From contig JAHDCW010000001.1 in the NCBI GenBank assembly GCA_020629675.1, forward strand, positions 1 through 49,885: DNA of 49,885 bases. The letters run 5' to 3'. The translations under genes were made by a program, and so were the position numbers. The notes below the pieces were generated by a model. It saw only the letters and a list, made by a program, of their open reading frames with translations, made no database searches and was not told where the DNA came from. Shown piece after piece: positions 40,359 to 48,805 of this stretch. Each line of letters begins with the position of its first letter. The first letter of the stretch is position 1. Source of the stretch: Minisyncoccota bacterium (lineage in GTDB: Bacteria > Patescibacteriota > Minisyncoccia > Moranbacterales > GCA-2747515).

Positions 40359-40385
40359 AAAAAAACACCCACATCATGTGGGTGT
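40359..40385 (-). terminator. Rho-independent terminator after the ATPase gene
   Basis: ACACCCACA (40365-40373) pairs with UGUGGGUGU (40377-40385) around a 3-nt loop, followed on the minus strand by 6-7 U. Confidence 0.75.
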
Positions 40386-40400
40386 TTTTTACTCCTACCT

Positions 40401-42047
40401 CTATTCGGATTGTGCTTTTTTTATCATGTCGCCTATACTCATTGCATTTTGAGAAGACTGTTTTGGTTTTTGTGCACGATTTTGTGACGGCACAACCTGT
40501 GCTTCACGCGGCGGCAGAGCATTACCCCGCACTTCCTCCTCCTTTGCAGCATTGCGCTGCACCTCTTTAAGACAATTCTTACAATACACAGGACGCTTAG
40601 GATCTGGCTTAAATGGCACTTGGATTGCGAGTCCACACATCGCACAGACTGCATCATACATCGTCTTTTGCACTTTCTCCACGAGCGTCGGCCCTGCATT
40701 GGCAGCTCTTTGCGGCGTCTGAGGACGTGCAGATGGTGCACCTGCTGTTGGCGGTGGACCAGTTGGCACACTTACACCGCTCCACGCGGCAATCGCCTCC
40801 TCAACTTTTTTCTGATCTTCAGCATAATGCTGACGAGAATATGTGATCACCCCCTCTGTGCTATCACCATACGGGACGTTGATCGGTGGAAGCGTCGTCG
40901 CGCTAAACGCATCACCTGAAATACCATCGATCATCAACTTAAGGTAAATATTATATTTTGGAAGATTAACGATATCGTTCATGGTAAATACCGGCTCAAA
41001 TTCTTTTTCCAGCGCCTCCGCATCACTAGCACCTACACGAAATGACACAATCGTTCCAACGTTACCAAAAATCGCATCACGCACCTCATCTTGCAGCTGT
41101 GCAATATACTGATTGGCAAGTGTCAGGCATAGCCGATACTTACGTGCCTCAGAGAGAATGCTTGCAAATGACTCTGTTGCAAAGTTTTGGAACTCATCTA
41201 CATACAAATAAAAATCCTTACGATCGTGCTCCTCTGTATCAACCCGACCCATCGCTGCCAGCTGAATCTTCGTGATCATCATCGCCCCCAAAAGAGCGGC
41301 ATTATCCTCACCGATATATCCCTTGGAGAGATTCATAACAAGGATCTTTTGATCATCCATCACCTCACGCACACTAAATGACGATCGTGATTGCCCTACA
41401 ATATTTCGAATCAAGGGGTTCGTCAAAAATTGCCCTACTTTGTTTTGGATTGGAGAGATTACCTCCTGCAAAACACGTTCGTTCCACCCAGAAAACTCAT
41501 CCACCCAAAAAGAACGCACCACAGGATCTTTCACGTGGTTAATTACTTCGATGCGGTACTTTTTATCAACAAGGATGCGCATAACGCCGAGCAACGTACT
41601 CTCGGGGTGCTCGAGAAGCGCCAAGATCGCATTACGCAAGATATACTCAAGCCGTGGACCCCACGAGTCAGCCCACAATTTTTGAAACACACCAATCAAA
41701 CCAGATGCCACAAGCGGTCGAAAGCGGGGTTCCACGCGCTCCATCACGTTAAAAGACATTGGAAAATCTTGATCTCCTGGATTGAAATAAATAACATCCT
41801 TGATTCGCTCGGGTGGAATCATAGAGATCAACTTCTCTGCAGTGTCACCATGCGGATCCACAAAACACATCCCGTGACCATTCCGGATGTCTTGAATCGC
41901 TAGATTCTCAAGCATATTCGTCTTCCCCATACCCGTCTTACCAATCACATACATGTGACGACGACGATCATCTGTCTTGATACCAAAAGGGACATTTTGA
42001 TTACGGAAATTGGTCTGCGCAAATGGTGTGATAATTTCTGGTTGCAT
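40401..42047 (-). CDS. Soluble VirD4/TraD/TrwB-like (T4SS coupling-protein-type) P-loop ATPase with C-terminal CxxC-x17-CxxC zinc ribbon
   Basis: Walker A GKTGMGKT (aa 36-43), Walker B FYLYVDEFQNF, and a TraG-D_C-like EARKYRLCLTLANQYIAQL. No N-terminal TM. CAMC-17 aa-CKNC at 40572-40646. Confidence 0.7.
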   Translation of the reverse strand: MQPEIITPFAQTNFRNQNVPFGIKTDDRRRHMYVIGKTGMGKTNMLENLAIQDIRNGHGMCFVDPHGDTAEKLISMIPPERIKDVIYFNPGDQDFPMSFNVMERVEPRFRPLVASGLIGVFQKLWADSWGPRLEYILRNAILALLEHPESTLLGVMRILVDKKYRIEVINHVKDPVVRSFWVDEFSGWNERVLQEVISPIQNKVGQFLTNPLIRNIVGQSRSSFSVREVMDDQKILVMNLSKGYIGEDNAALLGAMMITKIQLAAMGRVDTEEHDRKDFYLYVDEFQNFATESFASILSEARKYRLCLTLANQYIAQLQDEVRDAIFGNVGTIVSFRVGASDAEALEKEFEPVFTMNDIVNLPKYNIYLKLMIDGISGDAFSATTLPPINVPYGDSTEGVITYSRQHYAEDQKKVEEAIAAWSGVSVPTGPPPTAGAPSARPQTPQRAANAGPTLVEKVQKTMYDAVCAMCGLAIQVPFKPDPKRPVYCKNCLKEVQRNAAKEEEVRGNALPPREAQVVPSQNRAQKPKQSSQNAMSIGDMIKKAQSE

Positions 42048-42100
42048 AAATCAGTATTTAGATCGTTATGTATTTTTGTTTTTATTTGTGGCGCTTATGT

Positions 42101-43375
42101 TTATTGGTTCATAAATGGGAGATTGGCCGGTGCACCACCGTGCTGTGCATCAACAAATTTAACACCTGGCGATACCACAGACATATCTGGCAGATGAAAT
42201 ACCGTTGCTAACTCTTCTGACGAAAAATGAAACATCGTCCCAGAGGGGTCGCGGTCACGATAGCGATCCATAATCTGGCGCATACGACGTGTCCCAATCT
42301 CATCCTTCATGACATAGTCAGCATCCGTCTTTGTATCACCATCGGGCGCAATAGAATTGTGCAGTCCGTCGTTAAACTGCTTGATCGTTCCACCGTTCAT
42401 CGCACTTACATTCGCCTTGGTAAAACCATCACGATTACCAATGATCACAACGCGCATCTTAACAGTAAACATCGCTTTGGATAGATTTTCTTCGAGAGCT
42501 GTCAAAGTTTGCTTTTCTCCCGGCGTCAGTCGAAACTCGAGAGGTTGCTCATCATCACCGCCGCCGCCACCATCCCAGGCGGAATACTCAACCGGCTTAC
42601 TCCACGCAACGAAAACACCAAAAAAAACATCCTTCAGATCTTTCCAAAAACGACTGCCTTCTGGTGTAGTTTTACGTCCTAAAAATTTGTCAATCTCCGC
42701 TCGTCCTACTGTCTCTGCCCAAGCTGATTTTTCTGGTTGAATAATGTACTGCAGCCACATATTTTGTCCTGGCGGCAGTGTACTCATGTGCTCAATCAGA
42801 GTATTAAGCGGGTCAAGCATTTTACCAGTAATATCCTCTTCAAATTTTTTATACGTTCTAATAGGATGTGCATCATGTTTAAGGAGTTTATAATCCACAG
42901 CCCACATCGTATAGTCCTTGTTTGGCATCACTTTTGGCACCATCTTTTGGGCGTAGTCATCCGCCTCAACGATCTGCGCATTAGGATAAGCTGCATACAG
43001 TGCTGACTCCACAAAATCGCGAAATCCGCCCGGCATTCGCACATAAAAATGCACCTCACCCCCACGAGATTCAATCTCAAACGAAAACAGTGCATTCATT
43101 TTTCCATCTGCATACTTGTCGATCACATTAGGGTTTGAATCAACGGCTGTAAGAGTATTAAAAAAGATCTCCATATTCTTAGGGCTCGCCTCGATGTTAC
43201 GCGGCGGTACAATTTCCAACAAAATATCATTTTGCTTCATGAAATGCTGCCCGACTGCGTGACCATCCCACAAGACACGAAAAGCGTAATACAACAAAAT
43301 CGGCAACACGATAAACCATGATGCCAGAAATGCGGTCGAAAAACCTGTTACCACCAATAAAAGATCCTCAAGCAT
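42101..43375 (-). CDS. Membrane-anchored protein of unknown function, partner of the VirD4-like ATPase
   Basis: 424 aa with an N-terminal hydrophobic segment LLLVVTGFSTAFLASWFIVLPILLYYAF, then a soluble domain (ILLEIVPPRN...FSFEIESRGGEVHFYVRMP...SSEELATVFHLP). GAGGA SD. 53-nt gap to the ATPase gene with no terminator. Confidence 0.55.
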   Translation of the reverse strand: MLEDLLLVVTGFSTAFLASWFIVLPILLYYAFRVLWDGHAVGQHFMKQNDILLEIVPPRNIEASPKNMEIFFNTLTAVDSNPNVIDKYADGKMNALFSFEIESRGGEVHFYVRMPGGFRDFVESALYAAYPNAQIVEADDYAQKMVPKVMPNKDYTMWAVDYKLLKHDAHPIRTYKKFEEDITGKMLDPLNTLIEHMSTLPPGQNMWLQYIIQPEKSAWAETVGRAEIDKFLGRKTTPEGSRFWKDLKDVFFGVFVAWSKPVEYSAWDGGGGGDDEQPLEFRLTPGEKQTLTALEENLSKAMFTVKMRVVIIGNRDGFTKANVSAMNGGTIKQFNDGLHNSIAPDGDTKTDADYVMKDEIGTRRMRQIMDRYRDRDPSGTMFHFSSEELATVFHLPDMSVVSPGVKFVDAQHGGAPANLPFMNQ

Positions 43376-43428
43376 AAAACATTCCTCAGAATGACGCTCG
43401 GATAAAAATTACAATAAAGTAGCGTACT

Positions 43429-44445
43429 CTACTCTAAAGTATACGTACCTCCATTTTTTTGTGCAACTGTATTGAGATTTATCTTGACTGTTGCTGGCTT
43501 TACCTCGCGCAGTGCGCATACCTTATCCACAACCTCAGATGCTGTAAGCGGCTGGTTAGATTCTTTGAGTACATGGATCACGAGATCACGTACCTTGCCA
43601 TGAGTATACCCACGTGATGCTAGTCCATATGTCCCTCGTCCGACGAGCACGAAAGCCTCGTCTTTGATAAGCTCGTTGTGAACTGTCTGCGGATGTGTCT
43701 TGCGACCACCTTTTCCAAGCTTTCGATCATCAATTGCAGATGCGATTTCACGAAAGTGAAGTGGTGACTCTGTATGAAGTAAGATCAAGTACACTTTATC
43801 ACGAATGCTGCGCGGCTTTACGGTGCTCCATTCAGTCTTACCCCACTTGTCATAAATATTTTGTGAAATTTCCTGAGATGCATGAAGGTGCTCTTTCATA
43901 TGCAAACCATCAACTGCGGGATGTTTTTTTGCAAGAACCGCATACAGATCATCCTCTTCGACGATTTCATTTTTATCTGAAAGATAAGCATGCGCATCAG
44001 CATGCACATTAGACCACTGCTTAAAATCAAAATCATGCACATGCACAGACTGCTCTAGTGGATGCTCCTTATGACGATCGATGAGCATTACAGAATCAGA
44101 AGCAGACACAAGAAAACGCATTGTACCTATACTTGCACCATGCATATCATAGAATTTTTTGAAGAGTCGATCAGCTCGAATAATACCTCCCTTAGAGCGA
44201 ATGTGTTGCTCAACAGCATCTTGTGCTGCATGATAATCAGCATCTTTTTTCTCATGAACCTGCTGAAGGCTTGTACGCACAATCTGACGAACACGCTCTC
44301 TTGTAATGTCATGCTGCTTACCAATCGCATCGAGAGTATATGGTGCATCATACCCAATGCCAAAGCGGCGCTCTACACAATCTCGTGCTCGCTCTGATAG
44401 TTGCGAAAGTGCTTCTGCACAAATGTGATCAAAGGTTTTTTTCAT
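43429..44445 (-). CDS. DNA-binding protein: sigma-70 region-4-like HTH (N-terminal) + HARE-HTH-like domain (C-terminal)
   Basis: LSERARDCVERRFGIGYDAPYTLDAIGKQHDITRERVRQIV is sigma region 4. LHFREIASAI...VHNELIKDEAFVLVGRGTYGL is HARE-HTH-like. I prefer ATG 44445 over the track's TTG 44484. Confidence 0.55.
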   Translation of the reverse strand: MKKTFDHICAEALSQLSERARDCVERRFGIGYDAPYTLDAIGKQHDITRERVRQIVRTSLQQVHEKKDADYHAAQDAVEQHIRSKGGIIRADRLFKKFYDMHGASIGTMRFLVSASDSVMLIDRHKEHPLEQSVHVHDFDFKQWSNVHADAHAYLSDKNEIVEEDDLYAVLAKKHPAVDGLHMKEHLHASQEISQNIYDKWGKTEWSTVKPRSIRDKVYLILLHTESPLHFREIASAIDDRKLGKGGRKTHPQTVHNELIKDEAFVLVGRGTYGLASRGYTHGKVRDLVIHVLKESNQPLTASEVVDKVCALREVKPATVKINLNTVAQKNGGTYTLE

Positions 44446-44474
44446 AATGAAGTTCAAAAAATTGTTGTGTGAGT

Positions 44475-44503
44475 AGGATAACAAAAATATTTCTAAATGT
44501 CAA
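44475..44503 (-). promoter_or_regulatory. Sigma70-type promoter of the sigma4/HARE gene
   Basis: TTGACA (44503-44498), 17-nt spacer, TATCCT (44480-44475). Confidence 0.5.
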
Positions 44504-44537
44504 CATTGTGTCATCAAATCAACTACTAAAATAATAA

Positions 44538-45608
44538 TTAGAGCATTAGCGCCTCAGGTGCTTCAAAGGCTATAGCCTCATCTTGATCGATAAGCATTGC
44601 CTTTACCATGATACGGCGCAGAGCTGTACCTAGCGGCCAACACGTCGTAAGTGTGAGAACTTCGTCATTGGAACTCGCGAAAATATCAGGCTCATCAGGC
44701 TCCACCTCACGCTGCACATCTACCGCATAGGTATAGCGCACCTCCTGACCTTTTGCAGTACGTGCTGCTACGATAATTTTGTCGCCAGGCACGACATCGA
44801 TAAGGTCTTTAAAGATCGTATTAAAGTTACCTCCCGCCCACGCATAATTACTGCTATGACCAGCAATATATGAGTTTCCGATTTCACCTGGCATCACTGT
44901 CCCCTGCCCAGGATAGAGAATTACTCCTCGCTCGAGATCTTTTTGAATCTGACTTTCGTCAACTGTATCAGATAAAATGACAGGTGCATCGACACCAATC
45001 TTATCAATCATGATTTTATAGGTGAGTCGCGCATCACCAGATGCAGTCGGATCATATCCATCACGTACCTCTTTTTCATCATCGTAACCATCGCCATCTG
45101 TATCTGCAACCAGAGGGTGTGTCCCAAATAAAAATTCCTCTTTATTTGTGAGGCCGTCACCATCTAAATCACCATCAGTCGTCGTCTCTGCACCAAGCTG
45201 ATACTCTTGCTCCCAGTTGTCTGAGAGACCATTGTTATTTGCGTCGAGCCGACCTTTACCAGTTGGTGAGTACCCATTATTTACCTCAGTACCATCTAGA
45301 TATCCGTCGCCATCTGTATCTGCCACTATCGGATGTGTGTTGTGAATATACTCCTCTATCAGACTAAGTCCATCCTCATCTGCGTCCACCTGCGCATCCT
45401 CCTCTGATGAAACACTAATCTGATAACGATCAAGCCAAAAAGGCGAAATTCCATGATGTTTTTCATCAAGCATCTCCATTAATTCTTGCGATGTTTTTTC
45501 ACGCGGTAAAATTGTATCTACAAGTAAACCAAAACGACCTGTAAAAATCACAAAAGCCACAAAAAACACGACCACAAAAACGATAACGATAGAAAAAAAT
45601 GATTTCAT
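44538..45608 (-). CDS. Sortase (transpeptidase) with N-terminal TM and thrombospondin-type-3-like Ca-binding repeats
   Basis: Catalytic motifs YIAGHSS (His), VLTLTTCWP (TLxTC Cys) and ALRRIMV (Arg). Four DxDxDG-type repeats (DADEDGLSLIEE, DTDGDGYLDGTE, DLDGDGLTNKEE, DTDGDGYDDEKE). I prefer ATG 45608 (MKSFFSIVIVFVVVFF). Confidence 0.8.
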   Translation of the reverse strand: MKSFFSIVIVFVVVFFVAFVIFTGRFGLLVDTILPREKTSQELMEMLDEKHHGISPFWLDRYQISVSSEEDAQVDADEDGLSLIEEYIHNTHPIVADTDGDGYLDGTEVNNGYSPTGKGRLDANNNGLSDNWEQEYQLGAETTTDGDLDGDGLTNKEEFLFGTHPLVADTDGDGYDDEKEVRDGYDPTASGDARLTYKIMIDKIGVDAPVILSDTVDESQIQKDLERGVILYPGQGTVMPGEIGNSYIAGHSSNYAWAGGNFNTIFKDLIDVVPGDKIIVAARTAKGQEVRYTYAVDVQREVEPDEPDIFASSNDEVLTLTTCWPLGTALRRIMVKAMLIDQDEAIAFEAPEALML

Positions 45609-45639
45609 AGGTTTTTTCTGTTTATTACTCCAACAATAC

Positions 45640-45668
45640 AATTTATCACAATAAAATGTTTTTGTCAA
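45640..45668 (-). promoter_or_regulatory. Sigma70-type promoter of the sortase gene
   Basis: TTGACA (45668-45663), 17-nt spacer, TAAATT (45645-45640). It directly abuts the upstream terminator. Confidence 0.45.
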
Positions 45669-45670
45669 CA

Positions 45671-45696
45671 AAAACCCGCGCCTAAAGCACGGGTTT
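45671..45696 (-). terminator. Rho-independent terminator after the 802-aa surface protein gene
   Basis: AAACCCG (45672-45678) pairs with CGGGUUU (45690-45696), followed on the minus strand by a U-run (UUUUUGUUG). Confidence 0.6.
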
Positions 45697-45722
45697 CTAC
45701 TACATCGAACATTCGTAGATGA

Positions 45723-48131
45723 TTAGTGATCAAATCGAATCACAGATCTTTCTTGACCACCTTTCATCTGACGACGTTGGTACATCCACGCTGCACCAGA
45801 GGCAATCATAACTGCTGCACCTCCTGCGAGTGGTCCTGCACCAGTTTTTGGCGATACAGGACGATGCGTAGACTGATGTGCTGGACAGTAATATCCGAAG
45901 TCAGCACGATCTTCTTCTTCGCCTTCATCAAGGCGAACTTTGTTCATATGATCTAATTTTCCATCACGATCATACGTCTGGTAACACCCCTTATCGAGAG
46001 TTTCCACAGCTACGATCACACGATATGTATCTTCACAAAGATCATCAAAATCATATTTACCGCTACTGCTTGTACGTGTCTTATCCACGTTGTCACCGTA
46101 TTGAAGCTTGAGCTTTACGTTGTCCAAGCCTGGCTCACCAGCGTCACGGACACCATTACGGTTAAGATCGTTCCATACGCGGTTACCGATCTCACCATCA
46201 CATTTGTCATCATCGTCATCATTATCGTCGTCCTCCTCTGGAGTCACGATGCGACACTGATTTGAACATGAATCACCGTCATTACGATTACCATCATCAC
46301 ATTGCTCGTTTCCTTCCTTGATACCGTTACCGCAGACAGGATCTACGATACGACGTTCCACACTACACTGATTGCTACAACCATCACCATTGATCGTGTT
46401 ACCATCATCACACTGCTCCCCTGTTTCAATTTTTCCATTTCCACAGATAGGCGCTTGTGGCTCTGACTTTACATCTACTGATGTCGGATCATCATCAATC
46501 ACATCATCCTGACCGTCAACTGGTGTCGCTGTAACGCTCGCAACAACATCAAATGCATCTGTTATATTTTCTGCAGTACACGTATACACAACTTCTTCAC
46601 CAACAACGAGACTTGCAATCGTTTTTTTACAATTCTTAGCGTTGTCTACTGTAATACGAACATCTGTGAGATCTACTTCACCGTTATTTTTAACAACAAC
46701 CTCAAATGTAGCCGTCCCACCGTCTTCTACAGTTTGCTGATCATCTTTGTCGATTGCGTCACGAATCTCAATCATCACGCTTGGCGCGCCTGGGATCGTC
46801 ACAATAATCTCCGTTGGATCCTCATCTGTAACATGACTACCACCATTTGCAGGTTCACTGACAACACGTGCTACGTTTGTAAAACTGTCATCTACGTTTG
46901 TTGCAGTACAGGTATATGTTTCAGTCTCTCCACCTCTTAGCGTACCAATGTTTTTGTTACATGCAGGCGTCTTTTCATCTGTTACAACAACATCATTAAG
47001 AGTAACCTGTCCTGTGTTGCGTACGACGATTTCAAATACTGCATCCTCACCTTTTTTGATATTTTGGACATCATCCCTGTCAGATGCGTCACGTTTGATG
47101 ATGTTAATACCAGCTTCTTCAACAACACACTGATTGCTACAACCATCACCGCTTGCAGAGTTGCCATCATCACATTGCTCACCTTGGTCGAGTTCACCAT
47201 CACCGCAAACAGGATCTTTTGGAGCTACAATAATCTCCGTTGGATCCTCATCTGTAACATGACTACCACCATTTGCAGGTTCACTGACAACACGTGCTAC
47301 GTTTGTAAAACTGTCATCTACGTTTGTTGCAGTACAGGTATATGTTTCAGTCTCTCCACCTCTTAGCGTACCAATGTTTTTGTTACATGCAGGCGTCTTT
47401 TCATCTGTTACAACAACATCATTAAGAGTAACCTGTCCTGTGTTGCGTACGACGATTTCAAATACTGCATCCTCACCTTTTTTGATATTTTGGACATCAT
47501 CCCTGTCAGATGCGTCACGTTTGATGATGTTAATACCAGCTTCTTCAACAACACACTGATTGCTACAACCATCACCGCTTGCAGAGTTGCCATCATCACA
47601 TTGCTCACCTTGGTCGACGTGTCCATTTCCACAGACAGCAACAGGACGAAGCATCATACACACGGGATTCAAACTATTAGCACTGATACCACCTTGTTTT
47701 GGGATCGTATGCGTGATAGCGATCTTATTGATGTTTTGATTTAGTGCCAAATTATTATTGACCACACCGCTCCACGTCGCATTTGCTACGTAATCCTCAA
47801 GGTCATCTGAACTATTTGATGTACCTACGAGTGAGCCACCATTAAAAAATTTAACAAAATACTGCTCATTTGGCTGATTAGTATTTACGCGTGAACCATA
47901 TTGATCATTGCTTTGCAGCATGATCTCATAGTTTCCACGTGGAATTGACACTGCGCGCTCCACAGCATTTGGGTCACGATCAGAGTAGATCCGAAGTGAT
48001 CCACCAAAATTAATTACGATATCACCTTGACCTGGGCTCAAATGACATACTGAACCCGAAGCGTGCACTGAGGGAGCCCCAGCGGCAACAGCGATAAAAA
48101 CAAAAGCAGCAACTGCAAATATCTTTCTCAT
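45723..48131 (-). CDS. Sortase-anchored surface protein (SPKTG sorting signal) with Myxococcus-type Cys-rich repeats, DUF11-like and SdrD-B-like domains
   Basis: Signal peptide [24 protein letters not shown]. Four CG(N/D)G....GEQCDDGN...GD(G/S)CSNQC units. The C-terminus is SPKTG (45840-45854), then the hydrophobic [20 protein letters not shown], then the basic QRRQMKG. Confidence 0.85.
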   Translation of the reverse strand: MRKIFAVAAFVFIAVAAGAPSVHASGSVCHLSPGQGDIVINFGGSLRIYSDRDPNAVERAVSIPRGNYEIMLQSNDQYGSRVNTNQPNEQYFVKFFNGGSLVGTSNSSDDLEDYVANATWSGVVNNNLALNQNINKIAITHTIPKQGGISANSLNPVCMMLRPVAVCGNGHVDQGEQCDDGNSASGDGCSNQCVVEEAGINIIKRDASDRDDVQNIKKGEDAVFEIVVRNTGQVTLNDVVVTDEKTPACNKNIGTLRGGETETYTCTATNVDDSFTNVARVVSEPANGGSHVTDEDPTEIIVAPKDPVCGDGELDQGEQCDDGNSASGDGCSNQCVVEEAGINIIKRDASDRDDVQNIKKGEDAVFEIVVRNTGQVTLNDVVVTDEKTPACNKNIGTLRGGETETYTCTATNVDDSFTNVARVVSEPANGGSHVTDEDPTEIIVTIPGAPSVMIEIRDAIDKDDQQTVEDGGTATFEVVVKNNGEVDLTDVRITVDNAKNCKKTIASLVVGEEVVYTCTAENITDAFDVVASVTATPVDGQDDVIDDDPTSVDVKSEPQAPICGNGKIETGEQCDDGNTINGDGCSNQCSVERRIVDPVCGNGIKEGNEQCDDGNRNDGDSCSNQCRIVTPEEDDDNDDDDDKCDGEIGNRVWNDLNRNGVRDAGEPGLDNVKLKLQYGDNVDKTRTSSSGKYDFDDLCEDTYRVIVAVETLDKGCYQTYDRDGKLDHMNKVRLDEGEEEDRADFGYYCPAHQSTHRPVSPKTGAGPLAGGAAVMIASGAAWMYQRRQMKGGQERSVIRFDH
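46801..47617 (-). repeat. Perfect tandem duplication inside the 802-aa gene: two identical 391-nt copies with a 426-nt (142-codon) period
   Basis: 46801-47191 equals 47227-47617 by direct reading. Flanking bases differ (46800 c vs 47226 t; 47192 g vs 47618 c). The ORF track shows identical antisense peptides at 46948-47133 and 47374-47559. Confidence 0.9.
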
Positions 48132-48202
48132 ATATATTATTTAGTAGTTAAAACAAAATTAACTGCCAACTACCAATTCAGTTGATAATTAGTTGACTAG
48201 AT

Positions 48203-48231
48203 AATGTAACACAATTCAATATATGTGTCAA
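48203..48231 (-). promoter_or_regulatory. Sigma70-type promoter of the 802-aa surface protein gene
   Basis: TTGACA (48231-48226), 17-nt spacer, TACATT (48208-48203). Confidence 0.55.
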
Positions 48232-48247
48232 CCATCTATTTGACATA

Positions 48248-48276
48248 TTGACAAAATATTACTTAAATGATAATTT
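48248..48276 (+). promoter_or_regulatory. Sigma70-type (extended -10) promoter of the plus-strand gene
   Basis: TTGACA (48248-48253), 17-nt spacer ending in TGa, TAATTT (48271-48276). A second TTGACA lies at 48240-48245. Confidence 0.5.
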
Positions 48277-48323
48277 TTTGAAAGTTTACCCCTAATTTAA
48301 AAATCAAAAAGGATAGTGATCGC

Positions 48324-48737
48324 ATGAAGTCAAAGAAACTTAAAAGAAAGCTCTTAAGTCAATTTTCCAACTTTTTAAAAGATACAGAAGCTTCAAAACT
48401 CAAAGAATCGACAGTAATCCTCACTATTGATCGCCAAGGTAAATCTGAGTTTACCGTAGCTAAAAAAATAACAACAATCGCAACTCTATTCAGTGAAGAG
48501 TCATTGTCTGAGCTGGGTGAACAATACGCCAGCCGTGCAGTCTTATACAAAAGAGCACTAAAAAGCATAGCAAATGAATTTCCTGAGAAATATAATTTGC
48601 CAGTTGTGGACCTTGTCACATTACTAAATGAAAAAAATGATCCTTTTAAGACTCTTAAATCAGGTAAATTTCATGGTATTGGAAACATAACAGCAAAAGC
48701 AATTATTGATCTTTTGGAAGCAAAGAGGCTTTTATAA
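48324..48737 (+). CDS. Hypothetical Lys-rich protein with C-terminal helix-hairpin-helix-like motif
   Basis: The only plus-strand gene, and visibly AT-rich. AAGGA SD. The C-terminal HGIGNITAKAIIDLL resembles an HhH (GIG..A..I) motif. Confidence 0.5.
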   Translation: MKSKKLKRKLLSQFSNFLKDTEASKLKESTVILTIDRQGKSEFTVAKKITTIATLFSEESLSELGEQYASRAVLYKRALKSIANEFPEKYNLPVVDLVTLLNEKNDPFKTLKSGKFHGIGNITAKAIIDLLEAKRLL

Positions 48738-48751
48738 TAAGATCATGCAGC

Positions 48752-48790
48752 AAAAAATCGCCACCATAAAACTATGGTAGCGATTTTCTT
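48752..48790. terminator. Shared terminator hairpin between the convergent genes (better formed on the minus strand)
   Basis: A 14-bp stem pairs 48755-48768 with 48773-48786. The single odd pair is U.G on the minus strand and C.A on the plus strand. T-runs follow on both sides. Confidence 0.7.
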
Positions 48791-48805
48791 TTAGCAACTT
48801 GTCTT

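Noticed and set aside
46801-47617. I considered the duplicated segment as a template/variable repeat pair of a diversity-generating retroelement.
   Set aside because: The copies are identical, with no adenine-specific mismatches. Both are in the same ORF, and no reverse transcriptase or accessory gene occurs in the window.
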